Below, piece after piece: positions 54,043 through 64,000 of a DNA stretch of 64,000 nucleotides (its first letter is position 1; every line of letters begins with the position of its first letter). The stretch is from assembly GCF_009914755.1 (NCBI RefSeq), contig NC_060932.1. One strand, given 5' to 3'. Below the pieces are notes generated by a model. That model made no database searches. It worked only from the letters and a program-made list of their open reading frames with translations, and was not told the DNA's origin. The position numbers were made by a program, and so were the translations under genes. This DNA is from the human T2T-CHM13v2.0 reference genome, Homo sapiens.

Positions 54043-57000
54043 TGAGATGGTATCTCATTGTAGTTTTGATTTGCATTTCTCTACTGATCAGAGATGATGA
54101 GCTTTTTTTCATACTTTTGTTGGCCACATAAATGTCTTCTTTTGTGAAGTGTCTGTTCATATCATTCACCCACATTTTGATGGGGTTGTTTGGTTTTATC
54201 TTGTAAATTTGTTTAAGTACCTTGTAGATTCTGGATATTAGACCTTTGTCAGATAGATAGATTGCAAAAATTTTCTCCCATTCTGTAGGTTGCCTGTTCA
54301 CTCTGATGATAGTTTCTTTTGCTGTGCAGAAGCTCTTTAGTTTAATTAGATCCCATTTGTCAATTTTGGAAAAATTGCTTTTGGTGTTTTAGTCATGAAG
54401 TCTTTGCCCATGCCTATGTCCTGAATGGTATTACTTAGGTTTTCTCCTAGGGTTTTTAATAATTTTATGTTTTACATTCAAGTCTTTAATCCATCTTGAG
54501 TTAATTTTTGTATAAGGTGTAAGGAAGGGGTCCAGTTTCAGTTTTCTGCATATGGGAATCCAGTTTTACCAGCACCATTTATGAAATAGAGAATCCTTTC
54601 CCCATTGACTGTTTTTGTCAGGTTTGTCAAAGATCAGATGGCTGTGGATGTGTGGTGTTATTTCTGAGGCTTCTGTTCTGTTCCATTGGTCTATATATCT
54701 GTTTTGGTACCAGTACCATGCTGTTTTGGTTACCGTAGCCTTGTACTATAGTTTGAAGTCAGGTAGCACGATGCCTCCAGCTTTGTTCTGTTTGCTTAGG
54801 ATTGTCTTGGCTATACGGGCTCTTTTTTGGTTCCATATGAAATTTAAAGTAGCTTTTTCTAATTCTGTGAAGAAAGTCAGTGGTAGCTTGATGGCAATAG
54901 CATTGAATCTGTAAATTACTTTGGCAGTATGGCCATTTTCATGATATTGATTCTTCCTATCCATGAACATGGAATGTTTTTCCATTTGTTGGTGTCCTCT
55001 TTTATTTTGTTGAGCAGTGGTTTGTAGTTCTCCTTGAAGAGGTCCTTCACTTCCCTTGTAAGTTGCATTCCTAGGTATTTTATTCCTTTGTAGCAATTGT
55101 GAATAGGAGTTCACTCATTATTTGGCTCGCTGTTAGTCTGTTTTTGGTGTATAAGAATGTTTGTGATTTTTGCACATTGATTTTGTATCCTGTGACTTTG
55201 CTGAAGTTGCTTAACAGCTTAAGGAATTTCGGAGCTGAGATGATGGGGTTTTCTAAATATACAATCATGTCATCTGCAAACAGGGACAATCTGACTTCCT
55301 CTGTTCCTATTTGAAAACCCTTTATTTCATTCTCTTGCATGATTTCACTGGCCAGTACTTGCAATACTATGTTGAATACGAGTGGTGAGAGAGGGCATCC
55401 TTGTCTTGTGCTGGTTTTCCAGCTTTTGCCCATTCAGTATGACATTGGCTATGAGTTTGTCATAAATAGCTCTTATTATTTTGAGATATATTCCATCAAT
55501 ACCTAGTTTTTGAGTGCTTTTAGCATAAAGGGGTGTCAAATTTTATCAAATGCCTTTTCTGCATCTATTGAGATAATAATTTGTTTTTTTTATTTGTTCT
55601 GTTTTTGTGATAGATTACCTTTATTGACTTTTGTATGTTGACCCAGCCTTGCATCCCAGGGATGAAGCCTACTTGATCGTGGTGGATAAGCTTTTTGATG
55701 TGCTGCTGGATTCAGTTTGCCAGTATTTTATTAAGGATTTTTGCACTGGTGTTCATCAGGGATGTTGGCCTGAAATTTTTTTGTTGTTGTGTCTCTGCCA
55801 GGTTTTGGTATCAGGATGATGCTCACCTCATAAAATGAGTTAGGGAGGAGTCCCTCTTTTTCTATTGTTTGGATTAGTTTCAGTAGGAATGGTACCAGCT
55901 CCTCTTTGTACCTCTGATAGAATTTGGCTGTGAATCCATCTGGTCCTGGGCTTTTTGTTTGTTTGTTTGTTTGGTAGGCTATTAATTACTGCCTCAATTT
56001 CAGAACTTGTTATTGGTCTATTCAGGGATTTGACTTCTTCCCGGTTTAGTCCTGGGAGGGTGTATGTGTCCAGGAATTTATCCATTTCTTCTAGACTTTC
56101 TAGTTTATTTGCTTAGAAGTGTTTATAGTGTTATCTGATAGTAGTTTGTATTTCTGTGGGATCAGTGGTGATATCCTCTTTATCATTTTTTATTGTGTCT
56201 ATTTGATTCTTCTGTCTTTTCTTCTTTATTAGTCTGGCTAGCAGTCTACCTATTTTGTTACTCTTTTCAAAAAACCAGCTCCTGGATTCATTGATTTTTT
56301 GAAGGTTTTTTTGTGTGTCTACCTCCTTTAGTTCTGCTCTGATCTTAGTTATTTCCTGTCTTCTGCTAGCTTTTGATTTTGTTTGCTCTTGCTTCTCTAG
56401 TTCTTTTAATTGTGATGTTAAGGTGTAGATTTTAGATCTTTCCCACTTTATGAAGTGGGCATTTAGTACTATAAATTTCCCTCTAAACACTGCTTTAGCT
56501 GTGTTTCAGAGTTTCTGGTATGTTGTCTCTTTGTTCTTGTTGGTTTCAAAGAACTTATTTATTTCTGCCTTAATTTCGTATTTACCCAGTAGTCATTGTG
56601 GAGCAGGTTGTTCAATTTCCATGTAGGTGTGTGGTTTTGAGTGAGTTTCTTAATCCTGAGATCTAATTTGATTGAACTGTGGTCTGAGAGACTGTTTGTT
56701 GTGATTATCTTTCTTTTGCATTTGCTGAGGAGTGTTTTACTTCCAATTATGTGGTCGATTTTAGAATAAGTGTTATGTGGTGCTGAGAAGAATGTATATT
56801 CTGTTGATTTTGGGTGGGGAGTTCTGTACATGTGTATTAGGTCCTCTTGGTCTAGAGCTGAATTCAAGTCCTGAATATCCTTGTTAATTTTCTGTCTTGT
56901 TGATCTTTCTAATATTGACAGTGGGGTGTTAAAGTCTCCCACTATTATTGTGTGGGAGTCTAAGTCTCTTTGTAGGTCTTTAAGAACTTGCTTTATGAAT

Positions 57001-57422
57001 CTAGGTGTTCCTGTATTGGGTGCATATATATTTAGGATAGTTAGCTCTTTTGTTGCATTGCCCCTTTACCATTATGTAATGCCCTTCTTTGTCTTTTTTG
57101 ATCCTTGTTGGTTTAAAGTCTGTTTTATCAGAGACTAGAATTGCAACTCCTGCTTTTCTTTGCTGTCCATTTGCTTGGTAAATATTCCTCCATCCCTTTA
57201 TTTTGAGCCTATGTGTGTCTTTGCACATGAGATGGGTCTCCTGAATACAGCACACTGTTGGGTCTTGACTCTTTATCCAATTTGCCAGTCTGTGTCTTTT
57301 AATTGGGGCATTTAGCCTATTTACATTTATATTGTAATGTGTGAATTTGATCCCGTCATCATGATGCTAGGTGGCTATTTTGCACATTAGTTAATGTAGT
57401 TTCTTCATAGTGTAGTTGGTCT

Positions 57423-58448
57423 TTATATTTTGATATGTTTTTGCAGTGGCTGGTACCAGTTTTTCTTTTCCATAATTAGTGCATCTTCAGGAGTTCTTGT
57501 AAGACAGGCCTGGTGGTGACAAAATCCCTCAGCATTTGCTTGTCTGGAAAGGATTTTATTTCTCCTTCACTTATGAAGCTAACTTTGGCTGGATATGAAG
57601 TTGTGGGTTGAAAATTATTTTCTTTAAAAATGTTGAATATTGGCCCCCACACTCTTCTGGGTTGTGGGTTTCTGCAGAGAGATCCACTGTTAGTCTGATG
57701 AACTTTCCTTTGTAGGTGACCTGACCTTTCTCTCTGGCTGCCCTTAACATTTTTTCCTTCATTTCAACCTTGGAGAATCTGATGATTATGTGTCTTTGAG
57801 TTGCTCTTCTCATGGAGTATCTGAGTGGTGTTCTCTGTATTTCCTGAGTTTGAATGTTGGCCTGTCTTGCTAGGTTGGGCAAGTTCTCCTGGATAATATC
57901 TCGAAATGTGTTTTCCAACTTGCTTCCGTTCTCCCCATCACTTTCAGGTACACCAATAAATCATAGGCTTGGTCTTTTCACATAGCCCCATATTTCTTGG
58001 AGGCTTTGTTTGTTCCTTTTCATTCTTTTTTTTTCCTAATCTTGTCTTCACACTTTATTTAATTAAGTTGATCTTCAATCTCTGATATCCTTTCTTCCAC
58101 TTGATCAATTCTGCTATTGATACCTGTGTATGCTTCATGAAGTTCTCTTGCTTTGTTTTTCAGCTCCATCAGGTCATTTTTGTTCTTCTCTAAACTGGTT
58201 ATTCTAGTAAGCAGATCCTGTAACCTTTTATCAAGGTTTTTAGCTTCTTTGCATTGGGTTGCAACATGCTCCTTTAGCTCAGAGGAGTTTGTTATTACCC
58301 ACTTTCTGAAGCCTACTTCTGTCAATTCATCAAAATTATTCTCCATCCAGTTTTTTGCCCTTGCTGGAGGGGAGCGGTGATCATTTGGATGAGGAGAGGC
58401 ATTCTGGTTTTTAGAATTTTCAGCATTTTTGTGCTGGTTTTTCCTCAT
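57423..58448 (-). pseudogene. L1 ORF1p, disrupted
   Basis: MRKNQHKNAENSKNQNAS..LTRITSLEK..RIDQVEERISEIED and IIQENLPNLARQANIQ..RHIIIRFSKVEMKEKMLRAAREKG, split by stops and frameshifts. Confidence 0.92.
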
Positions 58449-59240
58449 CTTCATGGATTTATCTACCTTTGATATTTGATGCTGATGACCTTTGGATGGG
58501 GTTTTTGTGTGGGCATGCTTTTTGTTCATGTTGGTGTTATTGCTTTCTGTTTGCTAGTTTTCCTTCTAACAGTCAGGCCCCTCTTCTGTAGGTCTGCTAG
58601 GGTTTGCTAGAGGTCCACTCCAGACCCTGTTTGCCTGGGTGTCACTAGTGGAGGCTGCAGAACAGCAAAGATTCCTGCCTGCTCTTTCCTCTGGAAGCTT
58701 TGTCCCAGAGGGGCACCCACCTGATGCCTGTCGGAGCTCTCCTGTATGAGGTGTCTGTCGACCCATGTTGGGAGGTGTCTCCCAGTCAAGAGGCATGGGG
58801 GTCAGGGACTCACTTAGGAGGCAGTCTGTCTCTTAGCAGAGCTTGAGCACTGTGCTGGGAGATCTGCTGGTGTCTTCAGAGCTGGCAGGCTGGGACATTT
58901 AAGTCTATTTATGTTGTGCCCACTGCCATCCTTGTCCCCAGGTGCTCTGTCCCATGTGCAAAAACTGTGGGAAAAGCATAATTATCTGGGCCAGATAGCA
59001 CAGTTCCTTACAGCTTCCCTTGGCTAGGGGAGGGAGGTCTCTGGCCCCTTGCACTTCCTGGGTGAGGCAAAACCCTGCCCTGCTTCTGCTTGCCTTCCAT
59101 GGGCTGCACTCACTCTAACCAGTCCCGATGAGATGAACAGGTTACCTCAGTTGAACATGCAGAAATCACCCACCTTCTGTGTTGATCTCATTTGGAGCTG
59201 CAGACTAGATCTGTTCCTATATGACCATCTTGCCAGATCC

Positions 59241-59528
59241 GTTGAGCATCTTTTCATGTGCTTACTCACCATTTGTGTAGCTTCTTTGAAGAAATGGCTA
59301 TTCAATTCTTGTCCATTTTGAAATGTATTCTTTTTTGCTGCTCTTGTTGAGTTGTTAAAGTTATTTTTTCTGAACAGGTGTTGTAAAATTGAAAAGAATT
59401 TTATTATATTATTTGTTTTATTATAGAAATATTTTTATCAGATACATGACTGATAAAATTATCAGTTGGATAATTTGAGATATATGATTTGCAAATATTT
59501 TTTCCCATTTTGGTAACTGTATTTTCAC
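59241..59528 (-). mobile_element. L1MB-type fragment (right part), containing a templated insertion
   Basis: GTTGAGCATCTTTTCATGTGCTTA..GAAGAAATGGCTATTCAA..GATATATGATTTGCAAATATTTTTTCCCATT resumes the host L1MB. Confidence 0.85.
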
Positions 59529-59540
59529 TTTTTTTTTTTT

Positions 59541-60010
59541 AAGTAAAGTGAATGCAAGTTTATTTAGAAAGTAAATGAATAAAAAAATGCCTACTTCATA
59601 GACAGAGCAACCCCAAGGGCTGCTGGCTGTCCCTTTTTGTGATTATTTCTTGATTATACACTAAACAAGGGGTGAATTATTCATGTCTCCCCTTTTTAGC
59701 CCACATAGGGTAACTTCCTGACATTGTCATGGCATTTGTAAACTGTCATGGCACTGGTGGAAGTGTAGTAGTGAGGACAACCAGAGGTTACTCTCATTGC
59801 CATCTTGGTTTTGGTGGGTTTTAGCTGGCTTCTATACTGCAACCTGTATTATCAGCAAGGTCTTTATGACCTTTATTTTGTGCCTACCTTCTCTTTCTTC
59901 CTGTGACTTAGAATGCCTAACCATCTGGGAATGCAGCTGAGTAGGTCTCAGCCTTATTTTACCCAGCCTCTATTTGAGGTGGAGCTGCTCTGGTTCAGAT
60001 GCTTCTGACA
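59541..60010 (-). mobile_element. MER41A-type ERV1 3' LTR, U3-R only, ending at the poly(A) site
   Basis: Minus strand begins TGTCAGAAGCATCTGAACCAGAGCAGCTCCACCTC..GCTGGGTAAAATAAGGCTGAGACCTAC, ends AATAAACTTGCATTCACTTTACTT followed by A12; lacks the MER41B GAS-site block. Confidence 0.88.
59559..59564 (-). terminator. LTR polyadenylation signal AATAAA
   Basis: TTTATT on the + strand, 18 nt from the 12-T run at 59529-59540. Confidence 0.8.
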
Positions 60011-63000
60011 TATCCCCCCCCTCCATTTTATAAGGAATCCTTAACCTTACAGGTTATAGAGGAATGAAGATTCATCTTCTGTAACTTATTCATGTTGGAT
60101 AAATGAGATGATATTCCTGCCTAACTATTAGGGTTTCTTGTATTCAGGGGAGAGAAGAGCTCAGTCACAAAACGTCAGTACGCTGAGAGCCATTCATAAC
60201 TCCAAGTTCCACAAAAGGTGATACCTGGAAGATTAATAAGTGTTCAATTTAAGAAAACATTTAGTAAGCTTATTCTGCATTCCTACACAAAGTACAACAG
60301 CAATATATTCCACAAGAGTAAAGCAAAATAAGTAAAATTATCCCAGGTAAACTAAATAAGAAGGCTTTCCATGAACTGGGTAACTGCTGGAACCAAGCCA
60401 ATATGGGGTTGCTAGTTGGTTCCAGCATGTGCCCAGAATTAGGATATTGACCCCAATTTTTACATTACCCATTACTCTTGTTTCTTCTGAGCAGCAGTCA
60501 GAGATCGGTCGTTGGTTCACAGGAATAAAAAAGGTTAGCCTAAACGCAGAAAAAAACTTAAAAACAGCTGATGAGACTAGCATCTAACAACAAGTGTACC
60601 ATAGTTCTTGAAACATAATTTTTCTCTCTCCAGTTTCTCATTTTTACTAAAAACAAATCATGGTAGGACCAATTTGCTTTATTATATCTGGCCTCATTAT
60701 TTGTCTAAAGTGCAGTAATAATCATTATTTTTCACATAAGCTCTTTTTAAATTGGCTTTGATGGAACTCTGTTCCATAGAAAGAATCTCAGATAAGACTT
60801 TTTTTTAAAAAAGCAAAGCCCAGCCATCAGTTTGTACCCTCAAATACCTATCAGTTGGATAATTCCTCTCATCTTGAGATCCCAAGATAGCTTGGGGCTC
60901 CTGGGCCTGTCAGAATGTAACATTCTCTATTTACCACAGATCAAGAACCCTGTACAAGAACCGTGTACACAAGGTATGAGGCCAGTTTTCCCAAAGGGCT
61001 TTTATTGGCTTTGTAAGTCAAATTTGATTCCTTAGGGGAAGGCACATCATTCTAGTCAAAGCCTTGGTAAAATAACCAGTTTTTCCAATTGTGTCCTGTT
61101 GCAAAAGAAAACAGATTCTTTTTTTTTCGGCGGGGGTGGGAGGGGGGAGGTGGGTAGGAACAGAGTCTTACTCTGTCACCCAGGCCAGAGTGCAGTGGCA
61201 TGATCTCGGCTCACTGCAACCTCTGCCACCTGGGTTCAAGTGATTCTCCTGCCTCAGCCTCCTGAATAGCTGGGATTACAGGCATGCACCACCACACCCA
61301 GCTAATTTTTGTATTTTTTGTGGAGATGCAGTTTCACCATGTTGGTTGGCCTGGTATCAAACTGCTGACCTGGTGATCCACCTTCCTTGGCCTGCCAAAG
61401 TGCTGGGATTACAGGCGTGAGCCACCATATCGGCCAGAAAACAGATTCTAATTGCACTTATGCAAATAACTATATTGCCACAAGTTAAGACTCACAAACA
61501 GTTTCCAAACTCTGGAGAAATCTTTTAAAACCCTTTACAGTTTTTGTTAAAGAGTTTCATTCCAATTTTTTATTCCAGTGTTCAACTTACAGAAAACTGA
61601 ATAATGCCCCTTTTACTTTAGCCAATATGTTCACAGACAGAATTTCTTTTACAATTAATTTTTCAGAAACCTTCCACAACTTGCTTAAATCTTCAGCTTT
61701 TTTCTGACTTAAAACAGTCTTTTAACCTTTTGATCTAGGCAAAAAAACAAACAAACAAACAAAAGAAACAACACATTTCCATGCCTTCTTATAATCTTTC
61801 ACCAAAAACACATTTCACTATCTTTATATACCTTGCATGTAAAATGATTTCTTCAGTAGTCTCAATTATATGTTACACTGTTAACTTTTAGTGACTTTTA
61901 CTTTTGGTTAAAACCTTGGTAAGTAAGAGATTTTAATTATGTACTAGGTGTGGCTCCTAGGACCCAGACAGAAGTTCCAATATAGTCTGATTCTTTCCAG
62001 TGTAGCTAGGGGTTATAGCTAACTCCAGGTGTCATAGGCCTTACCTAGCTGTAAAGCGAGGCAAGTTGTACAGTTAATTTATAGTGCCATTTTATGAAAC
62101 ATTTAGGAGGCCTAGTAACTTTTACATTGTGCAACATTTCCTGCATAAATTCCCTTTCATGAATTCTTTTATGACTTACACAGACCATCTATGACACACT
62201 TGGACTTTCTGACTTGTCCTAAACATCCCTCTTTTTAAATAACCAGTTGTTTTACTTTAGGACAAGAATTTACCATACAGGATCCTTTCTTATATAAAAT
62301 CTCTTTTCTTTATAACCTTCTTTGCATAGCTGGGGGCATGGCTAATTCCACATGTCCCCAGGCCTTATCTAGAATCTAATGCTAACAATTTTTAAAAGCC
62401 AAAGAAGCAGTTTATGATCTTAAAGTATTAAGCAAACCTATTAGCTGACCTGCATAATTTAGATGAAATGTTTATATTTTTGAAGATATTTTTATTTTAC
62501 CAATAATTTTCAAAACTATTTTTAATTCCCAAAGTTTACTAAAGTCACATGAACTAAAAGGCATTACACTTTTTACTTTTCTGACAAAATATTTGATTTA
62601 AACTCTTATTTTTTAAGCCAATTAATTACAGCACTTTTATATTATACACACAACACATAAGCACACAGAAAGACAGATGATAAAGGACTTATTCCCTAAG
62701 CCAGGAATTGAACCCTGAATGTGGATCACCATTATGATGGCAGAGGCCAAGAGAAAGTACTGCCATGTGGTTACAAGGTCAAGCTCCGAAGGACATGAAT
62801 GACCAGTTTGCTGGGCTATCCTGAACAATGGGCTTATGGGGTCCTAGGTCCATGTTCAATCCTAAGATACCCCTCTTTATAAGAGAACATTACAGAAAGA
62901 CACAAAACACAACAGATTCACTACAATTTAAGGTTAGCCTCACAAACCCTTTTTCCAATTAATCAAAACTTTATAGAGGAGATAAACAGTGATTTCTGCA

Positions 63001-64000
63001 TTTATTCAACCGATTTGCACAAAAAGGGAGAGAGCGAGAGGGGCCAGAAGTCTGACTGGTAAGAAATTCTTAGCCGTTTGCAGGCATGCCAGGCTTCTGG
63101 GTTCCCTTTCCCTGAGCAGCTGTAGTGACCCAGCTGGCTGCACTACAGCCCTGGGGGCCAAGCCACAACACAAAGGAAAATTATCATTTTCTATTCAGGC
63201 CAGAGCAAAACATGTGTGACAAAACCTAGACATTAGCCACTCTGCTTAGCACCCAATATCAAATTGGCAAGGCTCAAACTTGCCTCCAGTTGGGCCTCAT
63301 TGTTGTTAATCCAAACTCTGACCAGGAATTTCACCTTGTGGTTTCTGGGCAAGATGCTCACCCTGAATAACAGAAAAGTTAGAAAAAAGAAAGGGAGAAA
63401 AGTATTGCCTGTGGCAGGGTGGAGAAGGCAAGGAGCCTCAGGGAGGCCAGAGAAAGGCCTGCCCATCACAGTGACACTGAATCAAAAGTTCAGGTGGCTG
63501 CTTGCCAGTTGGGAAAGGATCTTTTCCAGCAGTCTCATTAGCTCTTAAGTGTTCTCTTTTGGGGAGGAAAAATCTCCTCACGTCCCATGGTCCTCTACAT
63601 GCCTAATTCTGTCATCCATACCCATCAGCAAAGAGTGCAAGACAAGTTAATCCAAAGAGAATAGCAGTTAACATCCCACAGTGCCAAATCCATTCTTAGC
63701 CAAGAGGGACTTTAGTGAAAGGGACCTCTAACCCCCTAAATCTTAGGAAGAACTCTAACCTTCCTAAGTTGGGCCTCAGGGGACCTTTAACCAACTCTGT
63801 CTTAGGAGAGACTCTAACTCCCCTAAGTTGGGCCTGTAGCCCAATCCCATCCTTTACCCAGGTATATGCACCCCTCTTACCCAGTCAGCCCAGTCAGATA
63901 ATTTTCCTTTGGGTTGGGGGTCTCTTTAGTATCATCCCTTCAGTGGTGTGCCAGAAAGATGTTACTGGACCCCACCACATACCCAAAATTAGGCTTTGGG
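60011..64000 (-). mobile_element. MER41/MER4-group ERV internal region (non-coding here, runs off window)
   Basis: Polypurine tract (TATCCCCCCCCTCC on +) abuts the LTR start; AT-rich MER4-group internal sequence; leader-type repeats CTCTAAC..CCTAAGTTGGGCCT at ~63725-63836; no gag/pol/env ORF seen. Confidence 0.8.
61120..61435 (-). mobile_element. AluS inserted in the ERV, with G/C-rich tail segment
   Basis: Full dimer; 14-bp TSD AGAAAACAGATTCT at 61106-61119 and 61436-61449. Confidence 0.95.

Noticed and set aside
59660-59705. MER41 interferon-inducible STAT1 enhancer
   Set aside because: The tandem GAS (TTCnnnGAA) block of MER41B is absent at the expected position; this is the MER41A-type configuration.
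62690-62745. tRNA-like GCCAGGAATTGAACCC segment
   Set aside because: Only a T-loop-like motif within ERV internal sequence; I could not build a cloverleaf.

Overview
AT-rich, CpG-depleted primate (human-like) genomic DNA made mostly of transposable-element relics. I find no recognisable host protein-coding gene, intact transposon ORF, rRNA, tRNA or CRISPR array; the ORF track is explained by Alu/L1/LTR sequence or chance. Contents: 14 Alus, a full-length dead L1PA7/8-type LINE-1 carrying two AluY inserts, several truncated L1PA/L1PB/L1M pieces, THE1/MLT1/LTR33 solo LTRs, MER5A/MER2/Tigger3/MER58 DNA-transposon relics, L2/MIR/L3 fossils, a U13 (SNORD13) snoRNA retrocopy and a MER41 ERV running off the right end. 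Best observations: (1) the MER41A 3' LTR stops at its polyadenylation site and carries a poly(A) tail, so the ERV looks like an L1-made processed copy of an ERV transcript; (2) a multi-template DNA-repair patch about 100 bp from that junction; (3) a half-AluY whose 5' end carries the private mutations of an older Alu 6.5 kb away. These are scars of genome evolution, not a demonstrated new functional system. Subfamily names come from recalled consensus sequences, not from a search.
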